Below, one piece after another: positions 1 through 8,703 of a DNA stretch of 40,649 bases. Numbering within the stretch: the first letter of the stretch is position 1; every line of letters begins with the position of its first letter. The position numbers were made by a program, and so were the translations under genes. The notes under the pieces were generated by a model. The model saw only the letters and a program-made list of their open reading frames with translations, made no database searches and was not told where the DNA came from. This DNA is from Nitrospirota bacterium (GTDB lineage: Bacteria > Nitrospirota > Thermodesulfovibrionia > UBA6902 > JACROP01): the NCBI GenBank assembly GCA_016214385.1, contig JACROP010000158.1, forward strand, positions 1-40,649. Direction: 5' to 3'.

Positions 1-21
1 CCATCCCTAACTCATAATCAC

Positions 22-1374
22 CTAAAGATATAAAATTTCTAAAAGTAGGACAGCCGTCTCGGCTACCCGTCTGACCCCGAAGCATCGGGGTCCTACCCGT
101 GTTTGATATTCTAAGCTGTACCTCTTCAAGCTCTGGATGCTCTTTACAGTAGCACCTGTGGCATCCTGAACTGACCTTGCAACATCAACAGGGCTCTTAA
201 GTGTTCCTACTGCATATATCCCTTTTTTCATGGCTGGTGCATCCACAAACCCTTCCTCTGTAAGAGGAATATCTATACCGATTGTAGAATCCTTTGTGCC
301 CGGAACCATCCCTGCAGCAAGCACAACCATGTCGAATTTTCCTGTCACCTTACTACCTCCAGATATATCCTCTACTACAACAATAACATCCTTTGTCTCA
401 GGGTCTTCTGTAATCTTAGCAACCTTGCCTTTTGTAAGGATAATATTCGGGTCGTCCTTCGCTTTCCATAAGAATCTATGCTCATAAAGCCCGGGTGTTC
501 TGAGGTCTATATAAAATATCTGGGCCTTTGAATCAGGATACTGCTCCCTCACATACATAGCCTGCTTTAATGATGCGAGGCAGCATATATATGAACAGTA
601 TGGGAGGTGGTTCTCATCCCTCGAGCCTGCACACTGAACAAAGGCAATATTTTTCACTTCCTTCCCATCAGAGGGACGGACTATCTTACCCTTTGTTGGC
701 CCATTCGGGGATGATAGCCTCTCCATCATCATATTAGAAATAACATTCTTGACCTTGCCGAATCCCAGGTTATCTACTTTATTCAGATCATAAGGGGCCC
801 ATCCTGTTGCCATAACGATCGCACCTACTTTAAGGTTTACTGTCTCTGGCTTCATGCCAAAGTCAATTGCATCATATTTACATGCATCGAGACATGCCTT
901 CTTGCAGCCTTCTTTGCAATATTTATCGTCGATCACATATTTAAAAGGGAATGCCTGTTCAAAAGGAAGATATGCGGCCTTTGTCTTATCCATGCCAAAA
1001 TTAAACTCATTCGGCCTTTCAGAAGGGCATGCCTGTGCGCAGGCATCACAGCCTACACATCTGTCATTTACATGCCTGGGTTTAATCTTCAGGGTTACAT
1101 CATAATTGCCTTCCTGCCCTGAGATCTTTTCAACTTCTGCGAGGGTATAGATAGTAACATTTGGATTATTTTTTATCCTCTTGAACTGTATCTCAAGGCC
1201 GCAACTCGGAGGACAAAGTTTCCAGAAATATTTATTTAACTGGGCAACCCTTCCACCTAAATAAGGGTTTTTCTCCACTATAGTAACATCATAGCCTGCC
1301 TCTGCTGCCTCGATGGCAGAGGTAAGTCCGCTCATTCCTCCGCCTATAACCAGTATACCTTTTTGATCGGGCAT
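22..1374 (-). CDS. qmoA: HdrA-like FAD/FeS flavoprotein, positional QmoA of the aprBA-qmo cluster
   Basis: Rossmann motif VIGGGMSGLTSAIEAAEAG, ferredoxin-type CVGCDACAQACP, HdrA-like C-terminal region. Lies directly downstream of aprA. GGGAGA Shine-Dalgarno (SD) before ATG 1374. The last ~30 codons read through a GC-rich hairpin element, so the true 3' end is uncertain. Confidence 0.75.
   Translation of the reverse strand: MPDQKGILVIGGGMSGLTSAIEAAEAGYDVTIVEKNPYLGGRVAQLNKYFWKLCPPSCGLEIQFKRIKNNPNVTIYTLAEVEKISGQEGNYDVTLKIKPRHVNDRCVGCDACAQACPSERPNEFNFGMDKTKAAYLPFEQAFPFKYVIDDKYCKEGCKKACLDACKYDAIDFGMKPETVNLKVGAIVMATGWAPYDLNKVDNLGFGKVKNVISNMMMERLSSPNGPTKGKIVRPSDGKEVKNIAFVQCAGSRDENHLPYCSYICCLASLKQAMYVREQYPDSKAQIFYIDLRTPGLYEHRFLWKAKDDPNIILTKGKVAKITEDPETKDVIVVVEDISGGSKVTGKFDMVVLAAGMVPGTKDSTIGIDIPLTEEGFVDAPAMKKGIYAVGTLKSPVDVARSVQDATGATVKSIQSLKRYSLEYQTRVGPRCFGVRRVAETAVLLLEILYL
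45..96 (-). repeat. Y-shaped GC-rich hairpin element followed by a T-run, inside the annotated 3' end of qmoA
   Basis: Outer stem GTAGGAC/GTCCTAC encloses two inner hairpins: GACCCCGA-tgct-TCGGGGTC and AGCCG-aga-CGGCT. On the minus strand it is followed by TTTTAG. Confidence 0.55.
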
Positions 1375-1386
1375 GAAAAATCTCCC

Positions 1387-1428
1387 TTCTCACTTTTTAC
1401 TTCTTACTTCTTACTTCTCATTTCTTTT
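1387..1428. repeat. Tandem heptamer repeat (TTCTYAC-like, about 6 units) in the aprA-qmoA spacer
   Basis: Read directly: ttctcac tttttac ttcttac ttcttac ttctcat ttctttt. Confidence 0.8.
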
Positions 1429-1490
1429 ACAGAAAGGCTAAGGCTGCGATTTACTCAATCTCAACCTTAGCCTCAACCTTAATTACTCAA

Positions 1491-3536
1491 CTACGGGAAC
1501 ATCTGGACGTAGGGAACCTTCTTGAATTCCCATGTGTTGGTCTCTACATTGTATCTCGAGTTCACGAAGCACTTCCAGTTTGTATCATCGATCTTCGGGA
1601 AGTCTGCCCTGTAGTAGTAACCAGGATACCTCGACTCTTGTCTAAAAAGTATATGCCTTGCATGAGTCTCAGCAGCCCATACCCTATGGTAGTTCTCCCA
1701 GCACCTCAGAAGCTCATGGAGATTGGCTGCAGCGAGCCTTGCACCGTCTTCCTCGAGCACCGCAAGCTTCTTAAGCCCTTCCTCGATCAAGGTCTTGCTT
1801 GTGACATACCAAGTGGCGATGCCGCCGACATACTCGTCCATGATCTTCATGAGCCTCTTCTGATACATGTCAGGCTTTATGTAGTGAGGGCTGACGTTCC
1901 TCGGGTCATTGGGCGGGAATGTCCCGGAAGTGGTATAGGTCTTATACTTCTCATAAATCTCAAAAGGCAGATACAGCTCAGCCACGAGGGCGTCTATCTT
2001 ATTCTTAAGCACAGGCTTATAGCCCATATTATCGAGGATGAAGGCTATTGCATTCTTTCCAACAATCCTTCCCTCTGCATGGGAGCCAGAAGAGAACTTA
2101 TGGCCTGAGGCGCCTACAACATCGCCAGCCATGAATAGACCCTGGACAGTTGAGATCCTGTTATAACCCCACGACCACTCTGCCGGAGCACCTTTTATAT
2201 CACCTGGCCCGCTCACCCAGAAACCAGCGCAACCTGCATGAGAACCAAGGAGATATGGCTCTGATGGGATTAATTCAGATGGCTCCCTATCAGGCTCGAT
2301 ATCAGATGCTGCCCACATCCCTGCCTGGGCAATAGTCATATCGAGGAAGTCCTCCCATGCCTCTGCCTCAAGGTGTTTGAGCTTCTTTGCACCCTCTTTA
2401 TCACCAAGTTTCTCTTTAAATCCCTTACCCATTGCCTGCATCGCTGTATGGGTCTGCATCTTTATGGGTCCCTCACCTGCCCTCATAGAAATCATCGATA
2501 CATGATTTCTAAGACATGTTCCCATGGCTTTACCATATCCGGGGTAGTCCCTCTCAACAGCATCTCCATATTTCACCGCGGGGTCTTCACCCATGGCATT
2601 CAGTGCCTTTGCCTTGAAGAAAAGGAACCATGCACCAACAGGTCCATAGCCATCCTTAAATCTCATGGGAACAAACCTGTTCTCCATAAGGGTCATTTCT
2701 GCACCTGCCTGCATGCCGAAATAATAGCCTGACCCTGAATTCCATACAGGGAACCAAGCCCTTCCCATCCCTTCACCTATAGAACGGGGCCTGAATACAT
2801 TAACAGCACCACCCATGCCATTGAGGATCGCCTTTGCCTTGAAGACATAGACCTTATTCTCCCTTACACTGACGCCGATCGCACCGGCAATCCTGTTGGG
2901 AACATTGGCATCCATTATAGGTTTTGTTATGAAGACCCTCTCGAAGTGGTTCTGGTCAACGCCTGTTGCCTTTCTGTTATGCTCAAGTGCCTTTTTTGCA
3001 GCCTCTGCAACAATAACCTTATAGGATTCACCATTTATCATTACCTGCCATTTGCCGGATCTGACAACAAGTTTCTCCCTTTCTTCATTAGAAGCGATAT
3101 CCTTTAGAAGTGGCTTCTCTGCATCTTTTGCCTGCAGGCCGTCGAGAGAAAACCCATCATCACCCTTCTTCCAGATAGGGAGTCCCCACTCCTCAAAGAG
3201 ATGGACGGAGTTGTCCACATGCCTTCCGAGGTCAAAGACGAGGTCTTCCCTTATGATGCCCATAAGGTCAGTTCTCACATACTTTACATAGTCTTCAATC
3301 TTGTTGCCACCCATATAGGTATTAATAGCAGACAGCCCCTGAGCAACTGCACCGCTCCGGTCTGTAGCTGCCTTATCAACCATTGTTACCCTGAGACCCT
3401 TAGGCGTTGCCCATTGGCATGCCTCAAAGGCAGCCCCACAGGCAGACATACCACCGCCGAGGATCAAAAAGTCTGTCTCATGTTCTATAACCTCTGGTCT
3501 TTCGCAATACGAAAATGTGCAAGTCTCTTTTTCCAT
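1491..3536 (-). CDS. aprA: Adenylylsulfate (APS) reductase alpha subunit
   Basis: 681 aa. FAD motif DFLILGGGMSACGAA, fumarate-reductase-like flavoprotein body, gene order aprB-aprA. SD AAGGAGGTGA before the ATG. Confidence 0.93.
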   Translation of the reverse strand: MEKETCTFSYCERPEVIEHETDFLILGGGMSACGAAFEACQWATPKGLRVTMVDKAATDRSGAVAQGLSAINTYMGGNKIEDYVKYVRTDLMGIIREDLVFDLGRHVDNSVHLFEEWGLPIWKKGDDGFSLDGLQAKDAEKPLLKDIASNEEREKLVVRSGKWQVMINGESYKVIVAEAAKKALEHNRKATGVDQNHFERVFITKPIMDANVPNRIAGAIGVSVRENKVYVFKAKAILNGMGGAVNVFRPRSIGEGMGRAWFPVWNSGSGYYFGMQAGAEMTLMENRFVPMRFKDGYGPVGAWFLFFKAKALNAMGEDPAVKYGDAVERDYPGYGKAMGTCLRNHVSMISMRAGEGPIKMQTHTAMQAMGKGFKEKLGDKEGAKKLKHLEAEAWEDFLDMTIAQAGMWAASDIEPDREPSELIPSEPYLLGSHAGCAGFWVSGPGDIKGAPAEWSWGYNRISTVQGLFMAGDVVGASGHKFSSGSHAEGRIVGKNAIAFILDNMGYKPVLKNKIDALVAELYLPFEIYEKYKTYTTSGTFPPNDPRNVSPHYIKPDMYQKRLMKIMDEYVGGIATWYVTSKTLIEEGLKKLAVLEEDGARLAAANLHELLRCWENYHRVWAAETHARHILFRQESRYPGYYYRADFPKIDDTNWKCFVNSRYNVETNTWEFKKVPYVQMFP

Positions 3537-3552
3537 GTTATCACCTCCTTAT

Positions 3553-3972
3553 TTACTCTTTCCTGGCTTCATAATTAAAATAGCCAGGCTGTTTTATCTT
3601 TGAATAATCAACTTCAGGGTGTCCTGCACAAGGATCAATAGAGCCTTCTGGCGTCGTCCTTATGGGGAACTTGAACCTCTTGATAGCTCCGTTTCTGAAC
3701 GTGATCGTCCACATAACAGAGTCTGTGCCCCTTAAAGGGATGACACTCGCCCCGAGTGGGACATAGTCAGCATATCCCCTCACCTCTACCGCCTGCACGG
3801 GACATATCTTAACGCAGTTATAGCATTCCCAGCACTGGTCTGGCTCCTGGTTATATGCCTTCATCTTCTCCCTGTCAAGAGCCATAAGGTCATGGGGACA
3901 GATATACTGGCATGCTGTCTTATCCTGAGCCTTACAACCGTCACACTTTTCGGTAATCACAAAACTTGGCAT
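3553..3972 (-). CDS. aprB: Adenylylsulfate reductase beta subunit (2x[4Fe-4S])
   Basis: MPSFVITEKCDGCKAQDKTACQYICPHDLM plus CWECYNCVKICP. Start moved to ATG 3972, which has GGAGGTG 7-8 nt upstream, rather than the ORF-track start at 3981. Confidence 0.93.
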   Translation of the reverse strand: MPSFVITEKCDGCKAQDKTACQYICPHDLMALDREKMKAYNQEPDQCWECYNCVKICPVQAVEVRGYADYVPLGASVIPLRGTDSVMWTITFRNGAIKRFKFPIRTTPEGSIDPCAGHPEVDYSKIKQPGYFNYEARKE

Positions 3973-3993
3973 AATTAACACCTCCTCCTAAAT

Positions 3994-4028
3994 AAAGTTA
4001 AAAGTTAAAAGTTGAAAGTTAAAAACTT
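3994..4028. repeat. Tandem heptamer repeat (AAAGTTA x4-5) upstream of aprB
   Basis: aaagtta aaagtta aaagttg aaagtta aaaactt, flanked by CCTCC-rich tracts. Confidence 0.8.
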
Positions 4029-4050
4029 CCTCCACCTCCTCTCGATTTTA

Positions 4051-4356
4051 TTATTTTTTGGTTTGTGATTTTATAAACTCATCCATAACATTAAGGCTCT
4101 TCTTCTCAACCACAAGGGCAAATATTTTGTCCTTTATAGCCTTTGGAAGAAGCTCGATACTCTTGGTTGTAGCGCTATCAAACTTTGCCATGGGAAATAG
4201 CTTCAGTATCTCATCCTTTTGCATTTCAGTATTGGGAACGGGTAATACCTTCAGCCCTGCCAGCATTTCCTTAGCCATACCTGCAAGGCCTGCCTTCTGG
4301 AGCTTCTCGAGCCTCTCCTCGTTAATCCATATATTTATAGGGTACGTCTCAGTCAT
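4051..4356 (-). CDS. Small hypothetical protein (101 aa) between sat and aprB
   Basis: Strong SD GGAGGAG lies 5 nt before the ATG, and the ATG is 9 nt after the sat stop. Lys/Glu-rich, soluble-looking, no recognisable motif. Confidence 0.6.
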   Translation of the reverse strand: MTETYPINIWINEERLEKLQKAGLAGMAKEMLAGLKVLPVPNTEMQKDEILKLFPMAKFDSATTKSIELLPKAIKDKIFALVVEKKSLNVMDEFIKSQTKK

Positions 4357-4365
4357 ATTCTCCTC

Positions 4366-5643
4366 CTATTTCAAGGGTTCGATTGTAAATACCGGGTTTC
4401 TCTTCTTTAAATATTCTTCTGTAACAAATGGAGAGCCGCTTCCGTATTTTTCAGCACATTCCATAATAATATCAAAGACCTCTGGCCTGAATATAAGTCT
4501 CGGAGGTTTCACACCATCCTGAATTATGCTCCTGATAAGTGTTCCGCTGAAGGACTGCTTTTTATCCTTATGCCCGCAGAGGCCTGAATAGGTAACCTCA
4601 GCACAGACAGGGCAGTACCACCAGTCAAGATTGAATATCGGTTTTATTTTAATTGAATCTTTGGGAATCTTGTTGAATATCCTGTGGGCATCATAGGGGT
4701 CATAGTAGCTTCCGACACCTGCATGGTCTCGTCCGAACATGTGGTGGGTGCAGCCGAGGTTGGTCCTCAGGGCAGCATGGAATACAGCCTCTCTCGGCCC
4801 TGCATAACGCATGTCCCAGAGGGTGATAGAGACCATATGGGCATCCTCCCTGAAATAGCCTGCCTTTCTAAGGGCATCATGTGTTAGGACGATGGCCTCG
4901 TCTATATAGTCGCCTGTCCTCTTCTCGCCGATTATTGGATTCGCAAGCACACCACCGAGGGACCTCTCCACAGGGAGTGAACCATAAGCCCCAAGCCATG
5001 CACCCTTCATGAGCCATTCATGGCCTGTGTGAGGGACATTCCTGGTCTGATGGGCTATTATCATCTCCCAACCCTTTTCTTTAAACCTCTCCCTCATCTG
5101 TTTAGGCGTAAGCCAGAAATCTGTAAAAGGTGGATTTATCTTTGGAGGATTAAGGAGTGTGATCTTACCTCCGAGGAACTTATCCTTGCAGTTATAAGTC
5201 CTTTTTACACCAGGATGTTTTTCCTCTGTGGTCCCATAGACCATCATGGCCATTTCTTTCTTATCATATGTGAATATCTCGGTTATATCGAAGATAGCGA
5301 GGGGGTTGCCCTGATAGGTAAGAATGACTTCATCGTATTGCTTTATGCCTTTTTCTTTCAGTTCTTCGTCAGAGATATCGAATACTATAGGGATGCTCCA
5401 TACGGTCTTTCCGTCTGCAAGTGTCATATTCTTGCAGACAGATTCAACATCAGCCTTTGTCATAAAACCTTCGAGGGGGGTAAAAAAGCCATAGGCAATA
5501 TCAATCACCTCTGTGGCAATCTGCAGGCGGACAGGCAGCTCCTTTACCTTTGCCTCTTTCATTTCCTGTAACCTTTTAATCGCTGTGGCTTTTGGAATAA
5601 CCCTTTCTACAATCTCCTTGCCGCCATGACCTATAAACTCCAT
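4366..5643 (-). CDS. sat: Sulfate adenylyltransferase (ATP sulfurylase)
   Basis: 425 aa. HQTRNVPHTGHEWLMK (HxxH nucleotidyltransferase motif) and a PUA-like N-terminus. SD AAGGAGGA. Confidence 0.93.
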   Translation of the reverse strand: MEFIGHGGKEIVERVIPKATAIKRLQEMKEAKVKELPVRLQIATEVIDIAYGFFTPLEGFMTKADVESVCKNMTLADGKTVWSIPIVFDISDEELKEKGIKQYDEVILTYQGNPLAIFDITEIFTYDKKEMAMMVYGTTEEKHPGVKRTYNCKDKFLGGKITLLNPPKINPPFTDFWLTPKQMRERFKEKGWEMIIAHQTRNVPHTGHEWLMKGAWLGAYGSLPVERSLGGVLANPIIGEKRTGDYIDEAIVLTHDALRKAGYFREDAHMVSITLWDMRYAGPREAVFHAALRTNLGCTHHMFGRDHAGVGSYYDPYDAHRIFNKIPKDSIKIKPIFNLDWWYCPVCAEVTYSGLCGHKDKKQSFSGTLIRSIIQDGVKPPRLIFRPEVFDIIMECAEKYGSGSPFVTEEYLKKRNPVFTIEPLK

Positions 5644-5664
5644 CTGTGTCCTCCTTGAATTCAG

Positions 5665-5690
5665 AATATAGGTCTTATATGACCTATATT
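5665..5690. promoter_or_regulatory. Perfect 10-bp-arm palindrome AATATAGGTC-ttatat-GACCTATATT between the adk stop and the sat RBS
   Basis: Read directly. Sits in the 49-nt adk-sat spacer with no T-run after it. Operator or mRNA-processing/stability hairpin. Confidence 0.4.
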
Positions 5691-5692
5691 AC

Positions 5693-6337
5693 CTATTTTG
5701 CTATTGCTGCACAGACCTTGCGAAAGATCTCCTCTATGCTTCCTACTCCCATAACAGATTTAAGCTTCCCCTTTTTGGCGTAATAATTAATAAGTGGAGC
5801 GGTCTGAGACTCGTATACGTCAAGCCTTTTTTTGATTGTCTCTTCTTTATCATCGTCCCTCTGATAGAGCTCACCACCACATTTATCACATACATTTTCT
5901 TTTTTGGATGGAGAAAAATAGATATTATACATCTGCTGGCAATTTTTGCAGGTTCTTCTACCTGTGAGTCTCTTTAGTAAGTCATTCTTAGGGACATCAA
6001 CACTCAAAGCGAAATCAAGGGGCATCCCCATGTCATTTAACATCCTGTCGAGTGTCTCTGCCTGGGCTGTATTCCTCGGAAAACCATCGAGGATATAGCC
6101 CTTTTTAGTGTCACCCTGCTTCAGCCTTTCCTCAATCAGCCCTATGACAACTTTATCCGGGACGAGCTCACCTTTATCCATGTAGGACTTCGCCTCTTTC
6201 CCAAGCGGGGTACCGTCAGCCACAGCCTTTCTCAGGATATCACCTGTTGAAATCTGAGGAATTCCATATTTTTCTATTAGTTTCTTAGCCTGCGTTCCTT
6301 TTCCAGCCCCAGGTGCACCAAGTAGAACAAGCCGCAT
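5693..6337 (-). CDS. adk: Adenylate kinase (Cys4 zinc lid type)
   Basis: MRLVLLGAPGAGKGTQ P-loop and lid CKNC...CDKC. Start set at ATG 6337, preceded by TAAGGAGGCA. The 27-codon upstream extension in the ORF track is unlikely. Confidence 0.93.
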   Translation of the reverse strand: MRLVLLGAPGAGKGTQAKKLIEKYGIPQISTGDILRKAVADGTPLGKEAKSYMDKGELVPDKVVIGLIEERLKQGDTKKGYILDGFPRNTAQAETLDRMLNDMGMPLDFALSVDVPKNDLLKRLTGRRTCKNCQQMYNIYFSPSKKENVCDKCGGELYQRDDDKEETIKKRLDVYESQTAPLINYYAKKGKLKSVMGVGSIEEIFRKVCAAIAK

Positions 6338-6576
6338 GCATGCCTCCTTACTTAAGTTCCTTTTATTGTCTGGAATATTGAAATAACTAAAAATAAATAC
6401 GCGTGCTATATTAATCAAACTACGGCAAGCGCTTTTTAAAAAAACCTTTTAACTTTATTGCGTTACTATATCTTAAGTCAAATTCATATTTTTGATATTA
6501 AGATAAAAATTACTTATCTATATAATAAAATACGCTGTCTAAGGCTTAGGTAAGGGTTCAAGGTTTAGACTAAACT

Positions 6577-7182
6577 CTATACCGACTCTTGATATTTTGT
6601 TTTCCCCAAGAGATACCTGTGAAGCTCTCTTAATGCCATTGCCCTGTGGCTGATTGCATCTTTTTCATCATCGCTCATCTCGGCAAATGTCCTGTTGTGG
6701 CCTTCGGGATAAAATACAGGGTCATAGCCAAAACCATTAAAGCCTCTCGGCTCTCTCCCTACCCTGCCTTCGGCATATCCATAGAATGTGTTTGTGCTGC
6801 CGTCAGGTGATACCAGAGTTATACAGCAAACAAACCTTGCCCCTCTTTTATCATCACCAAATGAACGCATCTCATGCTGCAGTTTTTCGATGTTTTCTCT
6901 GTCATCCGCACCTTCACCCGCATACCTCGCAGACAATACGCCAGGAGCCCTGTTCAGCGCGTACACCTCAAGTCCCGAATCATCAGCAATAGCAGGCATG
7001 CCTGTATATCTTGAAACAGTTGTCGCCTTTTTAACAGCATTAGCCTCGAATGTATCTCCTGTTTCTTCCACTTCAGGACACTCAGGGAAGTCATCGAGCG
7101 TAAATATTCTCAATGGCAAACAGAGAATCCTTTTTATCTCTTCGATTTTCTTCCTGTTTCTTGTAGCAAGGACTATATCCAA
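6577..7182 (-). CDS. rdgB: Non-canonical purine NTP (dITP/XTP) pyrophosphatase, RdgB/HAM1 family
   Basis: MDIVLATRNRKKIEEI, ADDSGLEV and GFGYDPVF motifs. Confidence 0.9.
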   Translation of the reverse strand: MDIVLATRNRKKIEEIKRILCLPLRIFTLDDFPECPEVEETGDTFEANAVKKATTVSRYTGMPAIADDSGLEVYALNRAPGVLSARYAGEGADDRENIEKLQHEMRSFGDDKRGARFVCCITLVSPDGSTNTFYGYAEGRVGREPRGFNGFGYDPVFYPEGHNRTFAEMSDDEKDAISHRAMALRELHRYLLGKTKYQESV

Positions 7183-7361
7183 TTTTTATACCCATCCCTC
7201 AGGATACAGCAGTGCGGCTGCAGATGAATTGTGACATTTTAGCATGAAAATACAGAGGAAAGGAACACATTCGATAGCTGAGGTAGAACAGCCTTGGGGT
7301 AGCGTTGTAAAGTCATCAGTGTTTATGTTAGTCTTACTCGAAAATTAACGGAGGTCTTTCT

Positions 7362-7910
7362 ATGGTAAAAAATGACCGCTGGATAAGGGAGATGGCCCTG
7401 AGGGGGATGATAACCCCTTTTGAGGAAAATCAGGTAAGAGAGGGTGTTATCTCTTATGGTATAAGCTCTTATGGCTATGACATGAGGATTTCAGACGAAT
7501 TTAAAGTCTTCACTAACATCAATAGTACAGTCGTTGACCCAAAGAAATTTGACCCGCTCAGCTTTGTGGATTTTAAAAGCGAGGTTTGCATAATCCCTCC
7601 AAATTCTTTTGCACTTTGTCGCTCTGTTGAATACTTTAAAATTCCGAGAGATACGATAGTAATCTGCCTCGGAAAATCCACTTATGCAAGATGCGGTATT
7701 GTAGTTAACGTCACACCCCTTGAGCCTGAATGGGAAGGCCATGTCACCATAGAGATTTCAAATACAACCCCTCTGCCTGCAAAGATTTATGCTAATGAGG
7801 GCATTGCCCAGCTCATATTCCTCGGCGCAGCAGAGCTCTGCACCACCTCTTATGCAGACAAACTCGGCAAATATCAGGCGCAGAAGGGAATAACACTACC
7901 AAAGATATGA
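7362..7910 (+). CDS. dcd: dCTP deaminase
   Basis: 182 aa. [17 protein letters not shown] and dUTPase-fold motifs. SD GGAGG. Confidence 0.9.
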   Translation: MVKNDRWIREMALRGMITPFEENQVREGVISYGISSYGYDMRISDEFKVFTNINSTVVDPKKFDPLSFVDFKSEVCIIPPNSFALCRSVEYFKIPRDTIVICLGKSTYARCGIVVNVTPLEPEWEGHVTIEISNTTPLPAKIYANEGIAQLIFLGAAELCTTSYADKLGKYQAQKGITLPKI

Positions 7911-7969
7911 GAAGTGAGAAGTAAAAAGTGATCCCGCATACTGCGGGACTATTTCCTATTTCTTACTTC
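7911..7969. terminator. GC hairpin TCCCGCA-tac-TGCGGGA (7932..7948) flanked on both sides by heptamer repeats; likely dcd terminator
   Basis: gaagtga gaagtaa aaagtga, then the hairpin, then ctatttc ctatttc ttacttc. The left units are the reverse complement of the TTACTTC family at 1387..1428. Confidence 0.45.
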
Positions 7970-7983
7970 CTAATTATAAGAAT

Positions 7984-8703
7984 ATGGAACACCGAGAGCG
8001 TATAATCCTTGCCCTTGATGTGGCTGGCACAGATGAGGCCATAGAAATAATAGAGAAATTTAAAGAGCACATAGATATTTTCAAAGTAGGCAATGAGCTC
8101 TTTACTGCCGCAGGGCCCAGAATAATAGAGGCACTTCATCTGCGCGGCAAAAAAGTATTTCTGGACCTGAAGTATCATGACATACCGAATACTGTATCAA
8201 AGGCCGCAGTTGCTGCTGCCCGTCTTGGCGTCTTTATGCTTACTGTCCATACAATGGGCGGTATGGAGATGATGAGGCAGTGTGCTGATACCCTCGTCAA
8301 ATTTTCCCTCAAAGAAAATATCCAGAGGCCAGGACTGCTGGGTGTCACCATACTCACCAGCATAAACCAGGAAATTTTAAGAAATGAACTTGGCATCGGG
8401 CAGAGTATTAACACCCAGGTAAAACACCTCGCCGGCCTTGCACTCACGGCAGGGCTTGATGGTGTAATTGCTTCCCCCACCGAGACATCCATGATAAGAG
8501 CCCACTGTGGCAGAGGGTTTCTCATAGTCACCCCGGGGATAAGGCCATCGTGGTCACCGCAGGATGACCAGAAAAGGACAATGACCCCAAAGCATGCCAT
8601 CAGAGAAGGGGCTGATTACCTTGTAATAGGCAGGGCAATACTATCACAACCCAACCCCCTCAGGGCACTCGAACTCATTGTAGAGGAAATGGCCAGTGCA
8701 TGA
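7984..8703 (+). CDS. pyrF: Orotidine 5'-phosphate decarboxylase
   Basis: RIILALDV, FLDLKYHDIPNTV and LVIGRAI motifs. Confidence 0.9.
   Translation: MEHRERIILALDVAGTDEAIEIIEKFKEHIDIFKVGNELFTAAGPRIIEALHLRGKKVFLDLKYHDIPNTVSKAAVAAARLGVFMLTVHTMGGMEMMRQCADTLVKFSLKENIQRPGLLGVTILTSINQEILRNELGIGQSINTQVKHLAGLALTAGLDGVIASPTETSMIRAHCGRGFLIVTPGIRPSWSPQDDQKRTMTPKHAIREGADYLVIGRAILSQPNPLRALELIVEEMASA

Noticed and set aside
1638-2108. Antisense ORFs inside large genes (also 230-487, 2373-2732, 5020-5571, 8175-8600, 33411-33947, 35232-35819 and similar)
   Set aside because: These are shadow frames opposite confidently identified genes. They have no RBS and low-complexity or odd composition.
6338-6418. 27-codon N-terminal extension of adk in the ORF track
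   Set aside because: The internal ATG at 6337 has a perfect SD and begins the canonical MRLVLLGAPGAGKG N-terminus.
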